In this document: positions 53,559 through 63,300 of the stretch, piece after piece
Layout: every line of letters begins with the position of its first letter
How positions within the stretch are numbered: the stretch's first letter is position 1
Source: an uncultured bacterium
Lineage (GTDB): Bacteria; Zixibacteria; MSB-5A5; GN15; FEB-12
NCBI GenBank assembly: GCA_965372795.1
Contig: CBDVDR010000011.1
Location: 1-64,000 of the forward strand
Length of the DNA stretch: 64,000 bases
Direction: 5' to 3'
Program-made: the position numbers and the translations under genes
The notes under the pieces: generated by a model
Told to the model about the DNA's origin: nothing
Database searches by the model: none
Seen by the model: the letters and a program-made list of their open reading frames with translations, nothing else

Positions 53559-55946
53559 ATGAAAATTTCATACAAATGGTTATTAGAATTAACAGGATTG
53601 GACTGGCCTGTTGAAGAGGTTGCCGAGAGATTAACTCTCTGTGGTACTGCCTGTGAAGATTATGAATCCACATCGAAGTACTTAAATAATGTAATTGTTG
53701 GTGAGATTCTTGAAATTAACCCGGTTGAGGGTGCTGATAAAATCAGATTAACCAAAGTTGATACCGGTTCTGAAAAATTAGATATAATTTGTGGCGCCCC
53801 TAATATTGAAGTCGGTCAAAAAGTCCCGGTAGCTGTGATAGGTGCTGAACTGGCAGGCGATTTCAAAATAAAAAAAGCTAAAATCCGCGGAGTTGAATCA
53901 TATGGTATGATTTGTTCCAAACGGGAATTAGGCATCTCTGACGACCATGCTGGAATTTGGGTTCTCGAGCCAACGGCTAATACCGGTACTCCTTTTGCAG
54001 AATACCTTGATTATGACGACTATATTCTGACTTTTGAACTTACTCCTAATCGTGCTGACTCTACCTCTGCAATAGGAATTGCCCGTGATTTGGCAGCTTT
54101 GGCAAAAACATCGGTTATCAAACCGAAATTTGAAATTAAAGAAACTGCTGAAAAAGCATCTGATTTAATCAAAATAAACATTGAAGATACAAAAGCATGC
54201 CCAAGATATGCTGCTCGAATAATTAAAAATGTTAAAATAGCCGAATCTCCATGGTGGTTGCAGAAAAAGCTGATCACTGCCGGTGTTCGTCCTATAAATA
54301 ATATCGTTGATATTACAAATTTAGTGATGTTTGAAATTGGACATCCATTACACGCTTTTGACTTAAACCGTTTTGGGTCTGATGAAGTCCTGGTCAGAAT
54401 GGCAACTAAAGGTGAAAAGTTCACAACCCTTGATGCCAAGGAGCATGAGCTTACTCCGGATGTTATTCTAATTACAAATGGTAAAGAAGCTGTTGCTGCC
54501 GGTGGAGTTATGGGTGGTTTAAACTCTGAGGTAGAAGCTGACACTAAAGATATACTGCTTGAGGCGGCATATTTTAACTCGTCAATGATTCGTAAAAGCC
54601 GGAAGATTTTAGGTAATGTGACTGAATCATCAACTCGTTTTGAAAAGGGTGCTGATCCGAATCAGGGATTAGAATACGCAATCAATCGAGCTGCATATTT
54701 ATTTCAGGAAATATGCGGGGGTGAGGTTTTATCCGGAATAGTCGATTGTTATCCTGAAAAAATTGAACCGGTTACAGTATCACTTCGACCCCAACGCTGC
54801 AATGATATTCTTGGAACAAATTTATCGACAGAGCGAATTAAAGAGATTTTAACTTTATTAGAGCTTGAAGTCAAAGATGGCGACCCGCTTCAGATAACAG
54901 TGCCGACCTTCAGACCTGACCTCGAAAGGGAAATTGATCTGATTGAGGAAGTCGTCAGGATAGAAAGTTACGACAATGTTCCTAACTCGAATACTAATAT
55001 AGGGTCACTATATACGCCCACTCACTTCGAGGATAACTTTAAGTCCGAGCTGAGAACGTTACTGACTTCTATCGGTTTTGATGAGATTCTTGGACATGGC
55101 TTAGCTGATAAAAAATTAGCGGATAAATTGAATCCGGGCGTTCCTCAACTAAACCTTGTCAATCCTGTTTCTGAAGATATTAACATAATGCGGAATTCTC
55201 TGGCACAGACAGCTTTAAAAGTTATCGAGTTAAATGTTTCGCATCGTAATATAGATTTACAGTTATTTGAAATCGGTAAAGCTTATTTCCCGCCTGATAA
55301 AGATGATAATTGGGTGGAAAATGAAAAACTCCTTCTGACTGTTACTGGCAACAGTGAACACACCTGGCGAGAAACTCCGAGGGCGTATGATTTTTATGAT
55401 ATCACCGGAGCCTTTGATAATATTGTAAAACATTTTGGTGTTCCGGGATTTGAATTAAAATATTCCGGAAATCATTGGTTTACTTCGGATATATCATTTG
55501 ATGTGATTTTTGAAGGTGCTAAAATTGGCTCAGTAGGAAAAGTCTCAGCTGATATTATGAAAGCCTTTGATATAAAACAGACTATCTTCCTTGCTGAAAT
55601 TGATCTTTTACCTTTAATTACATATGGCAAGCAGTTGACAAAATACGAACAGCTTCCGGTTTATCCAGCAGCCCCGAGAGACCTCGCAATCCTTGTAAAA
55701 GAAGAGATAAAAGCCGGTGAGATTATAGAAGTTGTTAAAAAGGCTGCCGGGAAGATTGCTGAATCGGTCTCAATATTTGATTTATATACCGGAAAGCAAA
55801 TTGAAAAAGGAATGAAATCGATTGCGATTTCGATAAGCTATCGTTCTGCTGAAGGTAATCTTTCAAGTGACGTAGTTGATAAAAGACAAGCACTTGTAGT
55901 TAATTCATTAAAGAAAAACTTCAAGGCTGAAATTAGGGACAAGTAA
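53559..55946 (+). CDS. pheT: Phenylalanyl-tRNA synthetase beta subunit
   Basis: CGAPN, GMICS, TPNRAD, RFEKG, DLIEEV, FDX-ACB C-terminus. Confidence 0.98.
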   Translation: MKISYKWLLELTGLDWPVEEVAERLTLCGTACEDYESTSKYLNNVIVGEILEINPVEGADKIRLTKVDTGSEKLDIICGAPNIEVGQKVPVAVIGAELAGDFKIKKAKIRGVESYGMICSKRELGISDDHAGIWVLEPTANTGTPFAEYLDYDDYILTFELTPNRADSTSAIGIARDLAALAKTSVIKPKFEIKETAEKASDLIKINIEDTKACPRYAARIIKNVKIAESPWWLQKKLITAGVRPINNIVDITNLVMFEIGHPLHAFDLNRFGSDEVLVRMATKGEKFTTLDAKEHELTPDVILITNGKEAVAAGGVMGGLNSEVEADTKDILLEAAYFNSSMIRKSRKILGNVTESSTRFEKGADPNQGLEYAINRAAYLFQEICGGEVLSGIVDCYPEKIEPVTVSLRPQRCNDILGTNLSTERIKEILTLLELEVKDGDPLQITVPTFRPDLEREIDLIEEVVRIESYDNVPNSNTNIGSLYTPTHFEDNFKSELRTLLTSIGFDEILGHGLADKKLADKLNPGVPQLNLVNPVSEDINIMRNSLAQTALKVIELNVSHRNIDLQLFEIGKAYFPPDKDDNWVENEKLLLTVTGNSEHTWRETPRAYDFYDITGAFDNIVKHFGVPGFELKYSGNHWFTSDISFDVIFEGAKIGSVGKVSADIMKAFDIKQTIFLAEIDLLPLITYGKQLTKYEQLPVYPAAPRDLAILVKEEIKAGEIIEVVKKAAGKIAESVSIFDLYTGKQIEKGMKSIAISISYRSAEGNLSSDVVDKRQALVVNSLKKNFKAEIRDK

Positions 55947-55947
55947 G

Positions 55948-56190
55948 ATGGAAGAAAAATTTGAACAATTGTTTGGCAAGGTTGAGCGGCTGATTGATGC
56001 CCTTGAAACCTTAAAGAAACAAAATGAGTCCCTTAAGATTGAGAATGTACATTTAAAAAAAGAACTTACTCAAATTCAGAAAGAATATAATTCCATAAAA
56101 CTTGATGATTCTGACAAAAAAGAAAAAGTACGCAACAAACTTGTAAGCGTTCTTCAAAGGCTGGATCAGTTGGAAGAGATTGCAGGATAG
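55948..56190 (+). CDS. ZapB-like coiled-coil cell division protein
   Basis: 80-aa coiled coil in the conserved pheT-(zapB)-zapA-rny context. Confidence 0.7.
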   Translation: MEEKFEQLFGKVERLIDALETLKKQNESLKIENVHLKKELTQIQKEYNSIKLDDSDKKEKVRNKLVSVLQRLDQLEEIAG

Positions 56191-56197
56191 TTTTTTC

Positions 56198-56227
56198 TTG
56201 ACAATTATTTCTGAATTTAGATAAATT
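56198..56227 (+). promoter_or_regulatory. sigma70 promoter upstream of zapA
   Basis: TTGACA-N18-TAAATT. Confidence 0.55.
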
Positions 56228-56295
56228 ATTGTAAATTAGCAGGATAAGTAAAGGAATCCTGATTAGTAGTTATTTATAAATAGATAGCAGATTTT

Positions 56296-56589
56296 ATGAG
56301 TGATAATAAGGTTGTCGTAAAAATTTTTGGAGAAGAATATCCCATCTCGGGGGTAGCTGATCCATCCTATATTTCAAGAGTTGCTGATTATGTTGATTCG
56401 GTTATGAAAAAAACAGCCAAGTCTAGCCAGATAAAATTGAAAGACAGGGTAGCAATACTGGCAGCAATGTCTATTGCATCTGAACTTCATGAGAAATCTG
56501 ATAGCTTGGATTATATAGAAACCCGAATTTCATCAAGGCTTGACGATTTAAACAGTCAAATCGATAATGCTCTTGACGGTTTACCTTAA
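56296..56589 (+). CDS. zapA: Cell division protein ZapA
   Basis: VKIFGEEYPI, VADYVD, VAILAAMSIASEL. Confidence 0.93.
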   Translation: MSDNKVVVKIFGEEYPISGVADPSYISRVADYVDSVMKKTAKSSQIKLKDRVAILAAMSIASELHEKSDSLDYIETRISSRLDDLNSQIDNALDGLP

Positions 56590-56684
56590 GATTCTCTTAA
56601 ATCAATACTAAATCAATGTCCTTTGTCTTATCCATGCCTTTTCATATATAGTGACATCCAACCGTTGTTGGGTGGGAGGAACAC

Positions 56685-58253
56685 ATGGATTTAGAACTAG
56701 TATACATAATCGTAATTGCAATCGTTGTAGCTATTGTTTCTTTTCTGATTTCCTGGAATGTGGCTAAGAAAGCAAGTGCCAAGAATATTCAGGATGCTTC
56801 TGAAACAGCCAAGCGAATGCTTGGTGACGCTGAGAGCCAGGCCAAAATTCAGAAAAAAGAAGCTCTTCTGGAAGCTCGGGAAGAGTGGTTAAAATTAAAA
56901 AGTGAGTTTGACCAGGAATCTGATAAGAGGAAAAAAGAACTCGATGCAATGGAAAAAGACCTTTCTGAAAAGATGGGCTCTTTAAATAAAAAATTAGAAT
57001 TTGTTGAAGTTAAAGACCGCGAAATTTCAAATCGCGAAAAGAATATCCAGGCACGCGAAAAAGGGATTGAACTTAGACAAAATGAATTAGAGCAGGTTCT
57101 TCAACAACAGAACGAAAAACTGAGAAAAATCGCTCAAATGTCTCCGGAAGAAGCTAAACAGCAATTGATGGAGAATATGAAAGAAAAAGCTCGGTTAGAA
57201 GCCGCAGCTTATATTCAAGAAATAAAAGACAAAGCTGAAAAAGACGCTGAAAAAGAGGCTCGTGAAATTATTCTATCTTCAATTTATCGCTGTGCCGCTG
57301 ATCATACGGTTGAGACTACCGTCTCGGTTGTAAATCTTCCTAATGATGAAATGAAGGGAAGAATCATCGGGCGAGAAGGCAGAAATATCCGTTCATTTGA
57401 AACAGCGACAGGAATTGATGTTATTGTTGATGACACTCCGGAAGCTGTAATTTTGTCAGGATATGATCCTGTTAGACGTGAAATCGGTAGAATGGCTTTG
57501 GAAAAACTGATTGTCGATGGTAGAATTCACCCGACCAGAATTGAAGAAGTTGTTGAAAAAGCACAACAGGAAATGGAAGTTATCGTTCAGGAGGCTGGCG
57601 AGCAGGCTTGTTTTGAGCTTGGTGTTCATGGTCTTCATAAAGATATTATCCAGCTTCTCGGAAAGTTAAAATTCAGATCGTCATACGGTCAAAATGTTCT
57701 TAATCACTCCAAAGAGGTAGCGATGCTTTGCGGATTGATGGCAGCCGAGCTTGAACTTGATGCTGTTATGGCAAAAAGATGTGGTTTGATGCATGATATT
57801 GGTAAAGCGATCGATCGGGAAACCGAAGGTACGCATACTCAAATCGGTGCTGATTTTGTAAGACGATTCCATGAAAATGAAATAGTCATTAATGCAATTG
57901 AAGCTCATCATGGTGATGTTCCAATGCTGGGACCATATCCGGTTTTAGTACAAGCGGCTGATGCAATCTCTGGCGCCCGACCGGGTGCCCGCCGTGAACC
58001 TCTTGAAGCTTATATCAAGCGCCTAACTCAGCTTGAAGAATTAGCTGATAGTTTTAAAGGTGTTTCAAAAGCGTATGCTATCCAGGCTGGTCGTGAAATT
58101 CGTGTTATTGTTGAAAATGAAGCAATTGATGACCTTACCAGCACAATTTTAGCGGCTGATATTGCCCAAAAAATTGAAAATGAAATGCAATATCCGGGTC
58201 AGATCAAAGTGACAGTTATTCGTGAGACCAGATCGATAGAATTTGCAAAATAG
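56685..58253 (+). CDS. rny: Ribonuclease Y
   Basis: N-terminal TM, coiled coil, KH ([13 protein letters not shown]), HD (HDIGK), SGARPGARR. Confidence 0.98.
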   Translation: MDLELVYIIVIAIVVAIVSFLISWNVAKKASAKNIQDASETAKRMLGDAESQAKIQKKEALLEAREEWLKLKSEFDQESDKRKKELDAMEKDLSEKMGSLNKKLEFVEVKDREISNREKNIQAREKGIELRQNELEQVLQQQNEKLRKIAQMSPEEAKQQLMENMKEKARLEAAAYIQEIKDKAEKDAEKEAREIILSSIYRCAADHTVETTVSVVNLPNDEMKGRIIGREGRNIRSFETATGIDVIVDDTPEAVILSGYDPVRREIGRMALEKLIVDGRIHPTRIEEVVEKAQQEMEVIVQEAGEQACFELGVHGLHKDIIQLLGKLKFRSSYGQNVLNHSKEVAMLCGLMAAELELDAVMAKRCGLMHDIGKAIDRETEGTHTQIGADFVRRFHENEIVINAIEAHHGDVPMLGPYPVLVQAADAISGARPGARREPLEAYIKRLTQLEELADSFKGVSKAYAIQAGREIRVIVENEAIDDLTSTILAADIAQKIENEMQYPGQIKVTVIRETRSIEFAK

Positions 58254-58277
58254 ATTTCTTGTTTTAAATTGTTGATT

Positions 58278-58313
58278 ATAAAGTGGAGTATTGTTAAACT
58301 CCACTTTATCGTT
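58278..58313 (+). terminator. Probable terminator after rny
   Basis: Perfect 12-bp inverted repeat ATAAAGTGGAGT-N8-ACTCCACTTTAT. Confidence 0.7.
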
Positions 58314-58382
58314 TATATAGAATCTGATTATAAGGGCAGCAGGATCAGATTCATTTAAAAGCTGCCTTAGAAAGTATTTTAA

Positions 58383-59213
58383 ATGTCTTTAATAACATTG
58401 ATGTTTGTTGCTGATATCAATGGGCAATCCGGACGGCAGACAGCATCGTATCTGATTAAACCTCTCCGTGAAAAATTTAATATCGACTATGTCATAGCCA
58501 ACACGGAAAATGCTGCCGGCGGGTTTGGTATAACGCCTGAAATGGCTCAAAAAGCATTCAGTTATGGAATCGATTTTCAAACATCCGGAAACCATATCTG
58601 GGATCGTTACGAGATAGTTAGTTATATTAAACGCAACCCAAAATTAATTCGTGCGGCCAACTATCCGCCCTCAGTTCCGGGCGCAGGTTTTTATATTGAT
58701 CAAATTGGGGATTATAAAATCGGAATAATATCTCTGATGGGTAGAACCTATATGAAGGATCTTGACTGCCCCTTCAGGGTTGGTGCCAGGATTGTAGAGA
58801 GTATCAAAGAAGAAACAGATATGATCTTTATTGACATGCATGCCGAAGCTACCTCTGAGAAACAAGCCCTTGCTTTTTTCCTTGATGGAAAAGTTTCAGC
58901 CGTAATTGGTACCCACACCCATGTTCAAACAGCTGATGAATCAATCAGCCATGCCGGAACAGCCTATTTGACCGATGCCGGCATGACCGGTCCCCACGAT
59001 TCAATTATCGGGATGCAGAAAGATCCCGCTTTGCAACGGTTCCTAACCGGAATGCCAAAAAGATTTTCCACTGCCGAGGGAGATTTGAAGTTATGCGGCG
59101 TGATTATCAAAATCGATCCCGAAACCGGTAAAGCTCACGAGATTAGAAGAATTAAATATGATTATAATCCTGACACCTTTGATCGTCAGAAATTCGTAGA
59201 AGAAACGGAATAG
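58383..59213 (+). CDS. ymdB: YmdB-family 2',3'-cyclic-nucleotide metallophosphoesterase (TIGR00282)
   Basis: NTENAAGG, TSGNHIWD, DMHAEATSEK, GTHTHVQTAD; follows rny. Confidence 0.93.
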   Translation: MSLITLMFVADINGQSGRQTASYLIKPLREKFNIDYVIANTENAAGGFGITPEMAQKAFSYGIDFQTSGNHIWDRYEIVSYIKRNPKLIRAANYPPSVPGAGFYIDQIGDYKIGIISLMGRTYMKDLDCPFRVGARIVESIKEETDMIFIDMHAEATSEKQALAFFLDGKVSAVIGTHTHVQTADESISHAGTAYLTDAGMTGPHDSIIGMQKDPALQRFLTGMPKRFSTAEGDLKLCGVIIKIDPETGKAHEIRRIKYDYNPDTFDRQKFVEETE

Positions 59214-59221
59214 TAAACATA

Positions 59222-60103
59222 ATGACTGCTCAATTAATTGATGGTAAAATTGTTGCCGCCCAAGTTACTAAAGCCCTTATACCAAGAATTGAAGAACTCA
59301 AAGCAAAGGGAATTACTCCCGGATTAGCAACTGTTCTTGTGGGAGATGATCCCGCCTCGGCAACCTATGTCCGAAGCAAGGGGAAAGCTTGTGAGAAACT
59401 TGGATTATATAGCGAACAAATTACAAAAGATGCTTCATTCTCACAGCAGGAATTGATTGAGCTGGTCCAGTCATTAAATCGGAACGATAAAATTCATGGG
59501 ATATTAGTCCAGTCTCCACTTCCTTCGCACATGGATGAATTGACTGTGACAATGGCGATTAATCCGGCCAAAGATGTGGATGGTTTCCACCCTTATAATG
59601 TCGGGATGATGTTAATCGGGTGCAGTCAGTTATTGCCTTGTACTCCTTTTGGGATTATTAAATTGCTCGAAGCTTATGAAATCGACCCTTCCGGAAAGGA
59701 AGTTGTCGTTATCGGACGATCCAATATAGTTGGGAAGCCTATTGCTGTTCTGTTAATGCAAAAAGCAAAAACAGCCAACGCAACGGTAACAGTGGCACAT
59801 TCTCGATCAGGAAACCTTACCGAGATCTGTCTGAGGGCAGATATAATAATTGCCGCCATTGGTAAACCACACTTTGTTAAGCCTGAGATGGTGAAAGATG
59901 GGGCTGTTATTATTGATGTGGGAATCAACCGAATTGATGATCCCGGAAGTAAAAAAGGATATAAAATCGTCGGAGATGTTGACTTTGATGGTTGTTTAGA
60001 GAAAACCTCGTATATTACTCCTGTTCCGGGTGGAGTTGGCAGAATGACGATTGCTATGTTAATGGAGAATACTGTCAAAGCCGCTGAAATTATTTCAAAA
60101 TAA
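59222..60103 (+). CDS. folD: Methylene-THF dehydrogenase/cyclohydrolase FolD
   Basis: YVRSK, KDVDGFHP, PCTP, GRSNIVGKP, TPVPGGVG. Confidence 0.98.
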   Translation: MTAQLIDGKIVAAQVTKALIPRIEELKAKGITPGLATVLVGDDPASATYVRSKGKACEKLGLYSEQITKDASFSQQELIELVQSLNRNDKIHGILVQSPLPSHMDELTVTMAINPAKDVDGFHPYNVGMMLIGCSQLLPCTPFGIIKLLEAYEIDPSGKEVVVIGRSNIVGKPIAVLLMQKAKTANATVTVAHSRSGNLTEICLRADIIIAAIGKPHFVKPEMVKDGAVIIDVGINRIDDPGSKKGYKIVGDVDFDGCLEKTSYITPVPGGVGRMTIAMLMENTVKAAEIISK

Positions 60104-60302
60104 CATTACGTAATGCTCTGCATATATGTCGCAGTAGGTTGCACTGTGTCGTCATTGAAGTAACATTATAAATAATGTATTACTACCATAAACATTATTC
60201 TAACACTAAAGATGTGTAACGTAAGATGATGAATAATAATAGATTATGAGCATAGTAGAGTGTGGATAAGAAAGTTTTTAAAAATCGTTTCATAATGTAA
60301 CA

Positions 60303-60318
60303 AGGCATGGACTTTGCT
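60303..60318 (+). promoter_or_regulatory. Putative sigma54 promoter
   Basis: AGGCAT-GGACT-TTGCT (GG-N10-GC). Confidence 0.55.
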
Positions 60319-60357
60319 CTATAAAGCTTGATGAATAAGAATTTTAAAATAGCAATA

Positions 60358-63300
60358 ATGAAATTTCTAACGATATCCTTGTTAGCTTTTTGTCTAATTT
60401 CGATTCAGGCATATGCTATTGAGGTTGAGTCCGGCTTTGATGATGACTTTGTAATATCTAATCTTTTCGATAATAGTTCATCTTTAGTAACAAATTTTGA
60501 AATACACCAATTAGATAATTTTACAATCGACTTATCTAATCCTAATGTTGAAGAGAGTTCAACCTATCTTCTTCAATTTGATATTTCACGCTCAGATTTT
60601 TTGAAACTTGGAAACGGAGGCTTCTCATTTTTATTCCCTCCGGGATTTGATTTATCAAATGCAGATGTTACTGATATTCAAGACTCGGTTTCTCAACATG
60701 AATATTCAATTTATAGCGCATCGGTCTTTGGTCAATTGTTAACCGTGCGTGTTTTAAGAAGCAAAAACGATGAATCGAGTGACGAAAGTTTAGATTTTGC
60801 TGTTACGATTCGCTTAGAGAATGTTATAAATACTAATATCGCCGGGCAATACGCTTTATATGGATTAGCTTTTGATAAAAAATTGCGCCTAATTGCTGGA
60901 CCTACCAAATCAAATTTATTTGAAATCCTTGGTTCCAATGGACTGACTATTGAACTGACTCCTTCTGAGGATTTAACAGTTCAAGCCGGTGACGATATCA
61001 ATTTCGAATTAACTGGATATGACTTAAATGGAAATCCGGTAGATCTTGAAAATGTAAGCTGGCTTTTAAAACCGGGCTCTGATCAAATTGGATATTTTGA
61101 CGGTTCCACTTTTAAAACTCAAAAAGTCGGACAGGGAATTATACAAGCTGTATATAAAAGCGAAATTATTGAAAGTGGACTCATTACAGTGATACCCGGA
61201 GAGTTAGCTTTTATCGAGCTTGATATTTCCCATAACCAGGTGGTTGGGTATCCGCTTCAAACCAGAGCAAAAATATATCTTTTGGATAGTTTCGGAAATT
61301 TCAAAACTGATTATGATCTTCTGAATAATCCGCTTGAGTTATCAATTTCCGAGGGTGTGATTTCTCCTGATTTAGTTAATGATAATTCATTGTTGATTGA
61401 AGGGGTTATTGATCTTCTACCATTAGAAATTCAATATGAAGGTCAATCAGTTACTGTTGAAATGTATGCATCTTCTAACGGAATTCAATCAAACAATTCG
61501 GTTGTTTCATTTAATGGATTTGAAATACTTGATGTTTTAAATTCAGATGGTACAGCTCTTTTCCGGGTATTGCCCAATCAGAGTCTTGAAATTAATCTAT
61601 TTGCTTCAAATAACGGAACTCAAATAGCTTTAGACAAGCCTAAGTTGACAGCCTTTTATAATTCAAAGCCTGATGATTTCGTGACAACATTATTTGATGG
61701 AAGTTACGGTGGGATTATTAAAAATATTCCTATTATCTTACCGCCTCATACAGGGGATCCATCAGAAGATATTATAACATTTCAGATTTCGGCTGATTAT
61801 TCTATCAACGGCAAGGTATTAAATTATTTCACTGAAACAGAAATTCAGATTTTTATTGAAGAAGAATCCAAGCCGGACCTCTCGGTTGCAAATCTATTTC
61901 CAACAGTTGTCTCAGCCGGAACAGATGCAGCATTTGAATTTGATCTGCTGCTTGAAGAATCATTTGGGGAAGTTTTGGAGGTTATTCAGGCTGAATTTAA
62001 TTTATCTGGAAACTCTTTTAATTCATCATCGGAACTCTTTTTTATAAATAATCAAATTCTACCGGGGAATAATAAAGTAACCAGTGGACCGATATTTATT
62101 CCACCGGTTTTATCTGACAATGAATTGGAAGCAAGTGTCTCGATCACTTATTCGGATTCAAAGGGGAAAATATCACAATTTAATAGTCATTTTGATGATA
62201 TCTCTGTTTTGATTACGTCTGAAACGATTGTTGAAATTACAAATTTAACCATTATTTCACAAAATTCACCAAGAGTAAATATAAATCAGAACTTTACAGT
62301 TGAAGCAACTATAACAAATAAATCTGATGTTGAGATTGTTGATCTTGAAATTCAATTAGCATCCAATGGAAGTTCTATTTTTGATGGAATAAGACTTGTT
62401 GAATTATCCGCTCTTGAATCAAAGATAATAAGTTTTCCCGTAACCGCTTCATCTGTTGCGACGATTAATGAAACTTTCATTTTGAGTCTGGTTTCTTCAA
62501 ATGTAATCCAGTCCCCAATACAATCACCATCAACATTTATTGTTATTGATGAACCGGCTGAACTTACATTGAGCTATTCATTGATTGGTATAACAAACAA
62601 TCTCATTGAAAAAGGTAAAACCTTTTCATTGTTGGTGAATCTGACAAAAACCGGAACATCTGAAGTTTCCGATGCCTCGTATAAATTATTAATAGAAAAT
62701 GATTTTGTTTCTGATCTGCCTTTAGATGGATTGTTAAAAGTAAACGAACAAATGATATTCAATATCACCGTTCCTGATTTTGCTGTAACAGCTAATTTTG
62801 ATTTTAGTTTAACAGCTATACCTATTGAAACTAATACCTCTGTGAATGCCAGTATAAATCAAGAATCATTTAATTTTGATATTACAGTCTTATCAGATTC
62901 TCCTGAGCAAGCCACAGTGCGTATTCGTCGAGTAATTGTTGAGGCGCCTAATGCACCAAGAATAAATATGAATCAAAATTTTGAAATTATTTGCTTGGTT
63001 GAGAACCTTTCAGAATTTAATATTGCTGATCTTCGACTCAATCTGTCAACTAATGGATTCTCAATATTAACAGCAGAACAGTTGGTTTCGATTCCTGCCA
63101 ATGATAGTATTGAAGTTCGGTATCAAGTTACCGCAGCTTCAGAGATGAATGATAATGAAGTGTTTACTCTTGAAATTTTATCTACCAATGTAAATATTTT
63201 AAATCCGGTTGATAATATCGCTTCTGTAATAATAGAAGCACCAGTAAATATTGAACTGAATCATAATCTGTTCAATGTGCATAATGGCGTTGTCAGCAGG

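Noticed and set aside
60261..60269. Perfect DnaA box (TGTGGATAA)
   Set aside because: Single copy, expected by chance in 64 kb; no cluster or origin-linked genes.
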